Shown: one piece after another, positions 1 through 11,060 of the stretch
How positions within the stretch are numbered: the stretch's first letter is position 1
Layout: each line of letters starts with the position of its first letter
Assembly: GCA_030390025.1 (NCBI GenBank)
Contig: CM059432.1
Coordinates: 80,602,001-80,666,000 of the forward strand
DNA length: 64,000 nt
Direction of reading: 5' to 3'
From: Squalus acanthias
Lineage: Eukaryota
The notes under the pieces: model-generated
The model's input: the letters and a program-made list of their open reading frames with translations, nothing else
What the model was told of the DNA's origin: nothing
Database searches by the model: none
Made by a program: the position numbers and the translations under genes

Positions 1-930
1 TAAACCCCCCCGGTCAAGTGGGACAGTGTCCAGGGGATGGGGGGTTAAACTGTTAAAAATGTGAAACCCAACCTCAACCCGCTGCGAACGCGCCTACTTC
101 CGGTTTAACCAGGGCGGGCTTGGGGTCAGACGGGTAACCCGATCTTGAGTGATGGGTCGGTAATTATAATATTTAAATGAGGCTCCATGCCTCAAATTTT
201 ATCAGCGATTTGATTTAACGCCTGCTGGCCGAGTTTCCCAGGGCTCGGGAAACCCGGCAGCTAAAGAGAGGCGGGACCTGTCAGATCAAGCAGGTAAATG
301 CTTTTCCAGCACTGCTTGTGGGCCAGGTGGAGCAGGAGTGCTTCCCCCCTGGTCCTTCAAGCAAACCTGCTGCGATCTGCCTCCCTCCCTGCGATCTCCA
401 GACATCCAATCACCACCAGCCTGCAATCTCTTTCCCCCCTATGATCTTTCCCCCCTCAATTTCCAGACATCACTGCCCCCACCGCCATCTCTTCCCCACT
501 CCGCCGATCGGCCAATCTCCCGGCGATCTCTCCCCTGCGATCTCTCCACCTCCCACGATCTATCTCCCCCACCACGATCTCCAGACATCCCCGGAGTCTC
601 TCCCATTCGTGATCTCCAGACGCCCCCCGCAATCTCTTCCCACTGCGATCTCTCCCATTTGTGATCCCCAGATACCCCCCAGCAATCCACCAATCTCCCG
701 CGATCTCTCCCCCATGATTTCTCCGCCCTCCCCCCGCGATCCAATCTCCCTCCCTCCCTCCTCACCGTCATACTCCAACCCCCCTCCCCATGACCCCCGA
801 TCTTCTTGATTCTCTTTAGCGCAGGCTTTCCCACCCAACCGCCAGCTAGCCTTCAATCTTGCCGGCTGTCGGGCAGGAAACGGAGTTAAAAAATTCTAAT
901 AAGTTCCTGCTTCCCCGGTAAATATTGGGG
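1..930. mobile_element. Non-autonomous DNA transposon (Harbinger-type MITE) with an internal degenerate (cccGCGATCTcc)n tandem tract at about 370-810
   Basis: Bases 50-350 resemble the reverse complement of 38470-38730 (shared blocks acttccggttt, aatatttaaat, ggccgagtttcccagg, ccagcact). The pyrimidine-rich tandem tract explains the Pro-rich and Gly-rich ORFs. Confidence 0.55.
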
Positions 931-1241
931 TTCCAGACAGAAATTGTATAATTAAATAACTATCAGAAATATGTGAGTGTACTTTTTATGAAGAAGTGGC
1001 ATCTGATGGCTGCTGCTTTACACAGTGATTCTTAATTTAGCTTCAAAAGTGCAGGAGAATGTTAATGACATTGGTCTAAAAGCATCAGTGGATTTGACTG
1101 CAGTTCCTAAAAGCAGAAAATGTATTCCTATTCGGTGTTCACCATATGCACAGTTTCTATGACATAGATTATGTATTTATTTTGTTTTGTTTTGTCTTGA
1201 AGTAACAGGATGTCAGGATGACACCATGTTTTTTCCCCCAG

Positions 1242-1426
1242 AAGTCTTCGACAAGTTTAATACAATGGCTTTAATTGATGGGAGGAAGGATCATGTAAGC
1301 CTAACAGTAGATAATGTTCACTTGGAATATGGTGTTGTTTATGAATACGACAGCACTGCTGGAACCAAATGCCATGTTCTGGAGAAAATGAGTGAACCAA
1401 AGGGATTCTTCAACCTAACTGCAAAG
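1242..1426 (+). CDS. PREX2: PREX2 internal coding exon A (185 nt, phase 1 to 0)
   Basis: Acceptor tgttttttccccca-g and donor AAG|gtat. Encodes [62 protein letters not shown], which matches the P-Rex2 sequence as I recall it ([23 protein letters not shown]) better than P-Rex1. In-phase upstream acceptors also exist (exon starts 1203 and 1209). Confidence 0.9.
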
Positions 1427-2899
1427 GTATGATTGGAAGGACTAATGAGGACTCCTGTGGCTAGACATATGTGTTCCTAAAATATAATGCTTTATCAACA
1501 AGAATTGGCTTATCAACAACCGATTTCAAGGACTGGCATACATTTTTAGTGTGGGGGCAGGGCAAGCCTGCTCTTTTCTTTTCTCTGGGTGGATGGAGGG
1601 TGGCACAGCATGTTGACTGCTATTGAGGATGCCTCCCACTAATGTCTCAAGTGCTGCAGGGGTTATAAAGTTGACGGGGGGAGGGGGGTGGAGGGGGGTG
1701 GCGGGGGAAGGCTGGGAACATTACTCTGTGGGGGAGGGAATGAAAGGCTGGGTTTATTATTTAGCAGTGGGGAGTTCAGTGTTAAGATTCTGACATGCTT
1801 GTCAGGGTAAATCACTACGTTATATACTATTACTGATATTCTGTTATCTATTGTTATGACAAATCTGGAAGAAATGCTTCCTTTAGCACCTAATAGCTCT
1901 GAAAACCCAAGTCCATTTCAACGTAATGGTGCCAGATTTTGGTCAGACTGTGGGGCTCAAATGAGGGTGATGCCTAGTTCTGCCAGGTCTCCAACCTGTT
2001 GGAAATCTATCAGGATTTGTGTTGGAAGTGGGGGCAGGTTCTCCTTTCACCCATCCCTTCCATGCAGACATCACTAAAAGATGCTAGCCTGGTAGGCTGG
2101 TGTCTTCCGGCAGAATTCCTGCCAGAGTTGCTCCCAACACTGTGAAGTAGGCATTCTGACATGTCACGACCATATTCTGGCAAGAGCAGGCTTCTCAAGA
2201 CTTTGAAAGACTTTCTCATAAGAAAAATGCCCTTTTTTGGGAAAAGAACCAGTTTTTCTGCTATTAAAGCTGCCTTTGCACTGCCAACACTGTGACGGTG
2301 TGGCTCCAAAGCACCTTCTCACCCCCTCCTCACCTAGTAAGCATTGCAGCTGTTTTTTAATAAGGCATAGGTGCCTGCTTGATTCATCCAAATGCCCCTA
2401 ACCCCAGGAAGGCCCGCTCTGTCATTGTTATGGTGATGGAGCAGGACTCACATTTTTGGGGCAATATGTTTCATTACTTTTTTTAAAATAATGAAAAGAA
2501 AGCACGATGCAGCACAAAGATAAGCTGAAGCACTGAGGAGAGAGTTGCAGAAATATTCCATCCTTGGAAAAAAATGTGAAAAGTTAAAAAATATTAGGAG
2601 AAAATGTTAGAATAACGTGGAAGTGTTAGACAGGAGAAAAACATAGGAAAATGAGAAATTGCTAGACAGAAAATAATTAAGTGTGAATGGTATTTAAGAA
2701 TGTAGAAGTCAAAAAAGCAACTTAAAAAAGTAATGACTGAGACCTTTGTCAGAAACAGACTGAAACATCTTGGTGTTTGGTGCTCTGGGATTTTAGATGG
2801 ATTATATATTACTCTAGAGGTTAGACCAGGTTTCATTCTAATTTGGAGGACTGATTCCCAATGTCGTGCTCAGCAAGCAGCCCCTCACCAGCAGCATGC

Positions 2900-3015
2900 A
2901 TGGTCAGCTGAATCAACTGGTAGCTGAAGTTGAGATACAGATCAACCCCGATCTAATAGAATGATGGAACAGGCTCCAGGGGTTGAATGGCTTATTCTTG
3001 TTCTTACATTCCTAT
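2900..3015 (+). mobile_element. CR1 LINE 3' tail fragment
   Basis: gatcaaccccgatcta...gaatgatggaacaggctccaggggttgaatggctt...cttgttct resembles the CR1 3' ends at about 45265-45360 and 20800-20880. Confidence 0.6.
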
Positions 3016-3024
3016 TTGAAGGAG

Positions 3025-3400
3025 CAGGCCAAATGGACAGATGGCTGCTGGGGAACCAGGGATACCCCTTGCTGTCCTAGCTATTAACACCAGTCAGGAG
3101 CCCCCACCCCAAGATGGAGCGAAATACTAAATTAAGTTTATGCCCCTACTCGTACTCTGGTGGAACATGCAATCAGTATGTTAAAGAAGTACTTCCGATA
3201 TTTGGAGAGATTAGGTAGGGTTCTAAGCTACAGTCCTGATAAAGTATCCTAGATCACCTGCACCTTCTTTCTGTCTGCTGCACAACTCTACATTTATAGA
3301 TGGGGACCCATGCAGCCAAAGGGCTACAAGATAAGCTTGAAGCTTTGGCTGCAGAGGAGGAAGAAAAGGAAGAGGAAGTATAAAGGAAGCAATGAGAGCT
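3025..3400 (+). pseudogene. Degenerate Harbinger/HARBI1-type DDE transposase C-terminal fragment
   Basis: Translates, with stops and frameshifts, as WLLGNQGYPLLS*LLTPV...TRTLVEHAISMLKKYFRYLERLGRVLSYSPDKVS. This matches the DDE_Tnp_4 pattern WLLGDxGYP..LLTP..TR..IE..IG.LK.RFRCL..GG.LQY.P. An acidic tail follows. Confidence 0.75.
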
Positions 3401-4375
3401 GGCTGAAGCTGGTATAAAAACAGAAAATGCTGGAAACACTCAGCAGGTCATGGTCATGAGTTAAGGAGTGATAGGATTTTCAGTTAAAGCAACCATGCAG
3501 CTGGTACATGAAACATCCTATGGTCCTCTCTCAGTCTACTGGCCCCATAAGAATCTGGTCTTCATTTCCATCCCTACATATTATCTCCCAACACCAACAT
3601 TCATTATGTTCCTGCAGTCCAAAAAATCATCCAAAGAAGGTGCAAGCAGTTTCTTTCCCAACTCCACATGTGTCCCTGCATCAGTGATTGCTTCATATGC
3701 TTGCCCTTGGTGATAGTGTAGAATGTGTGTTGTCTACTTTCGGATCTTCTACTCCTTGTAAGTGCCACCACAGTAGGGGGAGCAAGTGTAGTGTGATGTT
3801 GCTGCTTTCAGTGGGGACCTCATGACTCACCTGTAGCGAATTCCCTGTTTACGCTGGGCCAGTAGAGAACCCTGCCACTACCACCAGCATTTTGGCATTT
3901 GTGATGGCTGGTTGTTGCTGTTCCACACCCGAGAAGCCCCCTGAAGGGGTTGACTGGGAGGGATGGATAGGTCCTCGGCCTGAGAGGTGATGTCCTCATC
4001 TGTGTCCCTTCCTGCCATAACCATGCTAGCTGCCTTTTGCAGATGACCAAAGATTTGCATCAGGACAGAACTTTGGCCACCCTATAAAAGCATGAAGCCT
4101 GCCATCAAGGTGCTCTCAAGCTGATCTCCTGGCATCTGTAGACCAGAAGCAAGAGTCTCCTGTAAATTGGATGCTGAAGCCTCAATAGTGGAAGATATAA
4201 TGGTGGCAATCAGAGCTGCATCAATACTTGGACCCTATCTTCTTGGGGACACCCCTGCAGGAAGCCCTTATTGTGCTCTGCCAGTTCTTAAACCCTTCTT
4301 GCATGTCTATACAGATACCAGAGCAGCACTGCTGCAATTCAGAGAGCTCTGAAGATTCTCAAAGGACTACACAGT

Positions 4376-5520
4376 GGCCAAGAAATTAGGCTGGGAAATG
4401 GCCGGTGCCAAGAAATTAGGCCGAGATTAACGGCTGCCCGCAAAAAGAGCGCATTTTGGTGCTGTCTGCTGGTTTTAATTAGCGCTGTTTCGGGCGGTAG
4501 TCTCAGCAGGAGGCCCAATATAGCGTGGCCATAGCAAGGGACTCTTAAAGCTAGCCTGTCATTTTAGAAAGCAGTGTTGAGCCCTTAAAGGGAAACTGCC
4601 TTCTAACTATTCATTCACAGGATGTGGGTATTGCTGGCAAGGCCAGCATTTATTGCCCACACCTAATTGCCCTTAATTGATTGGCAAGTCTATTTCAGAG
4701 GGCTGTTAAGAGTCAATCACTTTGCTGTGGGTCTGGAATCACATATAGGCCAGACTAGGTAAGGACAGCAGATTTCCTTTCCTAAAAGGACATTAGTGAA
4801 CCAGATGGATTTTTCTAACAATCCGGTAGTTACATGGTCATTAACTGAATTTAAATTCCCCAGCTGCCATGGTGGGATTTGAACTCACGTCCCCAGATCA
4901 TTAATCCAGGCCTCTAGATTACTAGTCCAGTAATGTAACCACGATGCTACCATTCCCTTATATTTAAAAATAGTAAGTCTTTATCCCTTAGAGCTCAACT
5001 GCCTTCTGAAAAAAAAACATTAAAATAATTCCAAAATGGGAGTCTTCAGCTCTTAAAGCTGAACTGCCTTCCACACGTAAAAAATGGTAAAAGTGCTTCA
5101 GCACGAACACAAGTGACTCAATAAGCCAGGGAAGGGGAACCTAGGGTCTCGCATGCAGCGCTCCAGCTTTGTGCAGGGAGTCAACACTGGAAGTGAAGTC
5201 CTCTACCCACAGGCGCCAGGAGGCCCTCCAGAAAGAACGATGTGGGACCAGATCACCGAGGCCATCACTGCCAGCAGTGTCACCCCAGGATCTGGCTCCA
5301 GTGCCCAAAGAAGTTTCATGACCTCAGACCATCTTCAAAAGTCGTCTCCTACCAACTGCACCTCTAGCCTCACACACTGCTCAATGCACGACCCCCCTCC
5401 CCATCACTCATGTACCAACAATCTGTACCAAACACGAGGCACACCTCATATTCCTAGCTTCATCTCACCCCCTTGGAGGAGACGGTGCTGGCCATTCTTG
5501 GCAGGGGTATGTCTTCCACA
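4376..5520 (+). mobile_element. Truncated Harbinger element end with a Myb/SANT remnant (about 5120-5340)
   Basis: Starts GGCCAAGAAATT (compare the terminus AATTTCTAGGCCC at 55401). Encodes VQGVNTGSEVLYPQAPGGPPERTMWDQITEAIT, near-identical to the minus-strand copy at 54700-54920. Confidence 0.7.
4618..4957 (-). mobile_element. tRNA-derived SINE (probably DeuSINE/SacSINE1-like) nested in the Harbinger element
   Basis: The minus strand has a tRNA-like head (ggtagcatcgtggtta A-box; gagttcaaatccc B-box). The 3' tail (gggcaattagg...gggcaataaatgctggccttgccagc...cccacatcc) is shared with the LINE at 46737-48305. Confidence 0.7.
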
Positions 5521-5820
5521 ATTAAGAGGTGGCCTACACTACAACTATGCTTTATAACATGCTTGCTAGGAACACAGTGAGAGCAGTCCTAGGAGCAGTA
5601 ACTTGGTTTGTACTCACTGTTTCCTATTGTGGCATAACGAACAGTAGGGCACTCACCACCTGAGAATCGTTGCAAGTGTTCCGTGTAGCTCCACTCTATT
5701 TTTAACTTGATGATAAATGAGCCTATTGCATGATAACTTCATAAGGTGTACTTTCTTTCTTCACTTCATAGTTTGGAATGAGCTGTGAAATACAATTACT
5801 ATATAATATTTCTTTAACAG

Positions 5821-5982
5821 ATCCTTGAATGTTTGGCTAAGAATGATGAACAGTTTGTAGAAAGTTGCAGCAGGCTAAACTGCTTAAGTGAAGCAATGCT
5901 TCCTGAATTGCATTCAAAATTCAGCATTATGCGCAGTGAAAAGCTTGAACACATTAACCGAAGGATCACAAACTACAAGAAG
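5821..5982 (+). CDS. PREX2: PREX2 internal coding exon B (162 nt, phase 0 to 0)
   Basis: Acceptor tctttaacag|ATC and donor AAG|gtaag. Encodes ILECLAKNDEQFVESCSRLNCLSEAMLPELHSKFSIMRSEKLEHINRRITNYKK, continuing exon A in frame. Confidence 0.93.
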
Positions 5983-6705
5983 GTAAGAAGGTCTTTGAGG
6001 TGCTGAGATTTCAAGGGACCTAACTTCCACCCGCACAGTTGTAAACCTCACATGGAGAATTTAATGAAAACACAATTAAATAATGATTATGTCAGTGCTT
6101 TAATCTACTGACCTTGGGTGATTCCAAGAACTCATGCATTTGTGACAAAATGAGTACGGTAAATGTGGAGAAGCTTCTGTATTACGTGGATTATAATGCA
6201 AGTAAAATAGTCATTTCTTTCTAAATCCCATTGCTAACATTAATATCTCCTGATATAATGAGAGTGGTTGTATGAAATGTGTACAGATTAACTTCTAAGA
6301 ATTCAAACCACTAAAAGTGGTCTCACAAACTAGGTTTGTGGAGGTAGAGTTAATATTTTCTATATATTTCCAGAGAAACGCTGTTATCAAGAAACAGGAT
6401 TTTGTTTTGAAATGCCTGTCACAAAATTGTCCCTTTTGTCTTTTAAAATGTTCAGGGTGGTCTTTTTGTCAGTAGCTCAGTCCATAAGTATATTGCCTTG
6501 TTGGTTATTGAGTTAAACAGACTTGGATGATCCCAGTTTTGATCTCTACTCTGCACCAAGTTAGCTAATTTCAACCAAGGTAAATAAAATTTTAAATAAA
6601 TGAATAACAAACACACTAATTTTTTTGTGTTGAAGCAGCTTCAAAGCTCATGATGCCACTTACAGTGAAGTACAATTAAGTCCCTGAAATAGCTTGCCAG
6701 ATATT

Positions 6706-6945
6706 GGCAGAATTTGCTGGAAAAATAACAGCGTTTGAACGACACGCGTGTTATTAATGTACAAAAGCAAAATACTGGGGATGCTGGAAATCTGAAGTAA
6801 AAAGAGAAAATGCTGGAAATACTCAGGCAGCATATGTAGAGAGAGAAACAGAGTTAACGGATGGAGTCGGGTTTGGAGGCGTGTGGGGGGTTAAATTTGC
6901 GGGGTCGGGGTTTCCGACCCCATCCCGCCTCGAGGCCATTAAATA

Positions 6946-6977
<32 letters not shown>

Positions 6978-7057
6978 ATTTTGAGCTGAAGGGTGCAGGA
7001 AAACGTCTAACTAACCGGGCACGCTGCAAGATGCTCTGCTCCAGCAAATTCTGGGCC
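6706..7057. mobile_element. Short MITE with TIRs, containing a Penelope terminal fragment (about 6763-6860), part of a second MITE and a (CT)n microsatellite
   Basis: Ends GGCAGAATTTGCTGGA ... TCCAGCAAATTCTGGGCC. The right end resembles 51930-51990, and 6862-6940 matches about 33872-33935. Confidence 0.6.
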
Positions 7058-7631
7058 ATTATTTGCTGAGCACAATCTTGCTTATCGAACTGAGTAAATC
7101 TAGCTTTTGCACTTTAGCAAATTAACCTTTACTATGATTTTTTTTCTCTTCCTCTCCTGAGCGCAGTAGCTCATGCTGGATTATGGCTTCAAGCATGGTG
7201 GCAGCCCTCCAATGCCTCACCAAAGCAGCCATTTTTCATCTATGAGCCATTCATTCATTGGAGAATCAGTCAAGCTTGATTGTGTCCTAATCTAGCATTC
7301 ATACATATGCATTATCAACGGCAGGGGGGGGGGAATGCTGAATAACGATTTCTCTCTCTCTCCCCCCCCGCCCCCCCAACCCTCTTCAAGGACACTGAAT
7401 TCTCTCACCGCACTGCTGCTTCAGTTGACAATCTTGGAAACATTCTTGTCTATGCTTCAGTGTCATAGTATATGGTGCAATTAGCCACCTGAGCCACTGG
7501 GGGTCTTTGATACAGTTTTCATATATTTTATCTTTGTTTTTGTTCAAAGTTATGGGATTAATATCAATATAGTTTATAACTGTAACATCAGTAAGTATCA
7601 TTTGTGACTTTTTGCAATTTTTTTGGTTTAG

Positions 7632-7854
7632 TTTTCACGAGTTCTGAAAAATCGAGCCTGGCCAACTTTCAAGCAAGCCAAGTCCAAGATTTCTCCGCTG
7701 CACAGCAGTGATTTCTGTCCCACCAATTGCCATATAAATGTGATGGAAGTGTCCTATCCTAAAAATGTTGCGTCACTGGGTAGTGCATTTGGTGTTCAAC
7801 TGGACAGTCGGAAACAGTCCAGCAGTGACATTGACCAGAAAAGCTTAGATCAAG
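7632..7854 (+). CDS. PREX2: PREX2 internal coding exon C (223 nt, phase 0 to 1)
   Basis: Acceptor ttttggtttag|TTT and donor G|gtatga. Encodes [74 protein letters not shown], a highly conserved P-Rex2 segment. Confidence 0.95.
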
Positions 7855-8559
7855 GTATGACCTTCGACCTCATCTCTCAGTGACTTTGCTGAAGATATGT
7901 TATGCAAATTTGAACTGAGGAATTCAAACCTGGCAGATATACAAGCTGTGTAATTATTTATTACCCAACCTTGAAAGGCCATATGTTATCTGCAGTTTCT
8001 GACTTCCCATCCAGAAATACTTGATTACAAAAATCGATTACATGGTGATGCTGCTGTTGTCAGAATTGATGATGTAGTAGCATCAAAGATGTTGGCAAAC
8101 AAATTAAAAATTGCCATAGTGCTTATATTGAAATAATTTGTCTGATTTCAAGAGTAACATCTAAGCAAGAACATGTTATAGTGAAGGTAATACACTTGGT
8201 GTTCAGTGTAATACTCTTTTCCAAACCTGACTTAGAAAGTTTCTTTTTCTTTTTCCAGTTACTCGCTAAATAGAAATGAAGAAAAGGTTTGTGCCTGAGA
8301 GGCACTTTTGCTCCCGGATCAGCTAATTTTAATAGGAAGATGTTTGCTGGCTATGGAAATCCAATAGAAAGGGAGGTGAGAGTAGGGGGAGTGAGAGGGA
8401 TTGGGTTATGGGGTTTGGGAAAGGTTAGAAGGAGGATTGGCGGGGGAAGAGTGGGGGGGGGTTGGTGAGGACTGGAAAATACCTGGCGGAGAGGCATGAG
8501 TGCAGCAGCAGATAGCCAACCTATGGACCTATGCCACTGGCAGTGGCAGCATCAGGGAC

Positions 8560-9650
8560 AAGGTGAGTAGCCACATGAAAGAATCAAGCGACAAGCTTCA
8601 TAGAGCCGAACCTGCAAGTTCTTGTAATAAAGCAGGAGGGACAGTTTGTTTGGGGCCAAGGACCGAAGAGCTGCCAAGAATGTAATACCCACTTTGTGGA
8701 GGGAGGTGGCTGTGAGTGTCACCTGCTTGAACCCCAAGATTACTTTGTAGTGCAGGAAGAAGTCTAACAACCAGAGGGCAGCCAAGATAAGCTACCAGCT
8801 TCCCCCTGACCTTTCCTTGCAGTCTCTTTATATGGGTGGCACTCCTTCATTCACTACACGCCTGATGCCAGAGGAGTGAGAGGTGAAAGTCGGATCTGAC
8901 AATGAAGAATGGAGGCTCCGCAAAAGTTAGCCCCTGGCACCTGAGCCTATTGGCTCAAATTTGCTCTAAGAAAAAGAATGCTGCAAAAAGAATGCTGCAT
9001 GACCATCACTCTCACATAGACGCACTGAAGACCATTTTGAAGGATCCAAAACAGATAGCAGGGGTCACAGTGAAGTTCATTAGTGCCACCCTCAGTGCCA
9101 ATATGTGAGAAGGATTGAACACAATGCACTACCTGTGGTGGGTGGTGGAACCAGGAACATCTACATCAATCCCCTCTGACAGAGATGCCTTCAGACCAGT
9201 CAGTGTATCCAACGTCGATGCTTTGAGCACTGGCCTTCTGGGAGGTCATTTGGAGAGAGTGATGGGAACCAGCTTCCGAGAGTTTCGGGGCGCCATCTCT
9301 TAGGGTCTGCAGAATTTAACTGGTACCATCAGATCTGCCCTCTCGGTGATCAGTGGGCACTCAGATCCAGAATTTAGCATAAGTGCCATGCCTAGAATTT
9401 TCCTTCATGTTAAGAGTCTTTCTCCTGATGACAGCTCATGTGCCCTATCCAATCAGTCCTCTCAGATGTTTGATCATGTAGGTGTCAGGATACAGGACCA
9501 GTCTGCCCACACACCTATAGTGGTGACCCAGCCTGCTGGAGAGATCTCCCAGGACTCAGAAGCCTTGAGACGAGGGCCACCTCAGTCCCAAGAAGCTCAT
9601 GATGCCACAGCACAGCCAAGATCCACTGGTCCTCGGGTAGTACCTTGATG
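8560..9650 (+). mobile_element. Old Harbinger-type remnant with a decayed Myb/SANT exon (about 8570-8790)
   Basis: Translates as RRDSLFGAKDRRAAKNVIPTLWREVAVSV...*CRKKSNN, matching the Myb-like W..(I/V)A..V ... QCRKKFNDL pattern. Bases 9060-9330 recur inverted at 33640-33849 and 34600-34650. Confidence 0.55.
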
Positions 9651-10094
9651 CAGCATCAGGTGAAGTTTAGTAACAGAACAAAGGGATGAAAAAAGAAGCT
9701 CTTGTTGTAAATATACATGTGCACAACAAAGCCCCTTTGTGATATGAAGTCCAGTGTTCTGAAGTATATCTGTTGATTTTTATGTTTGAGACGATGTTTA
9801 GAGATCAGTTTGCAATGGGACACGCAGGAGTCTATTTTAACTTCCCCAGCCTGGTGGAAGCTGGAGTAAATCATGGGCTATTTGCTTCCAATGTTTGAAG
9901 AAGAATTCTTAACAAGCGCTGCTCCTCTTTGGGTATGCCACATCGCAGAATCACCCCTTTTATGAGGTAATAGACATCTGACTGATCTCTAATGAAAGGC
10001 TTAGCAGAATCTTCTTAAATATATGAATAACATTTACCTCAATGCTCCTTTAATCCTAGTGCACAAATGCAAAAAAAGATTCTTACTGTATATG

Positions 10095-10327
10095 AACAAC
10101 AACAACAACAACTTGTATTTATATAGCGCCTTTAACGTAGTAAAACATCCCAAGGTGCTTCACAGGATTATTATAAGACAAAAAATTTGACACCAAGCCA
10201 CCTAAGGAGAAATTAGGGCAGGTGACCAAAAGCTTGGTCAAAGAGGTAGGTTTTAAGGAGCGTCTTAAAGGAGGAAAGAGAGGTAGCGAGGCGGAGAAGT
10301 TTAGGCAGGGAATTCCAGAGCTTAGGC
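10095..10327 (-). mobile_element. L2 LINE 3' end with (TTG)n tail
   Basis: Nearly identical to 40298-40510 (caacaacttgtatttatatagc...aaaacatcccaaggtgcttcacagga...gggcaggtgaccaaaagcttgg). Confidence 0.8.
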
Positions 10328-10597
10328 TTACATGAATGAGAATTGCAGACAGGTAGATATACTTAAGAGTTTTGCAGACATTCATTGATAATGTCACCTG
10401 GCAGCAACATGTATGTGGTCATTTCATCAGACAGATGAAACCTAAGGTTTGTGAAATGACTGGAATCACACTCTTATTTGACAGATATTTCATGTTGACA
10501 TGTATCAAAATATTGTCAGATACTATTGTCAGTGCCTTTACTATGCAGGGAATTCAACATTTAGCACTCAGTTTTTCACATTGCTGTTATTTCATAG

Positions 10598-10805
10598 ATA
10601 AATTGGACCCAGTGGAATACGTCCATCATTGTATCATCACCATGGCAGCTCCCTCTGGACACAGCTTGGGTCAGCAAAATGGACCTGGCCTGCACTTCCT
10701 CCTGAAGGAAAAGGATGTGGAAACTCAAGATGCATATCAAAAGCTTCTGAATAAGCTGCAGACAGTTGTAAAGGAACTGGAAACCTATATTGCTCAGATA
10801 GATGA
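10598..10805 (+). CDS. PREX2: PREX2 internal coding exon D (208 nt, phase 1 to 2)
   Basis: Acceptor ttatttcatag|AT and donor GA|gtgag. Encodes [69 protein letters not shown]. Confidence 0.93.
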
Positions 10806-10871
10806 GTGAGTACACTAGCAATTTGTTATTTAATACTGACCAAGATACAAGACTGACAACTGTAAGTTACA

Positions 10872-11060
10872 ATAGCAAAATACTGCGGATGCTGGAAATT
10901 AGAAATAACAGCAGAAAGTGCTGGAAACACTCAGCAGGTCAGGCAGCATCGAGGAGAGAGAAACAGAGTCAACATTCATTGAAGGGCTCGACCCGAAACG
11001 TTGACTCTGTTTCTCCTCTCCTCGATGCTGCCTGACCTGCTGAGTGTTTCCAGCACTTTT
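10872..11060. mobile_element. Palindromic Penelope pLTR insertion with 14-bp TSD
   Basis: The direct repeat aactgtaagttaca sits at 10858-10871 and 11061-11074. Inverted arms are 10915-10973 and 11000-11059. The sequence matches the Penelope terminus at 28260-28367. Confidence 0.88.

Noticed and set aside
318..856. Overlapping Pro/Ser-rich and Gly/Arg-rich ORFs of 98-163 aa
   Set aside because: They arise from a degenerate C-rich tandem tract inside a repeat, are open on both strands and show no domain signal.
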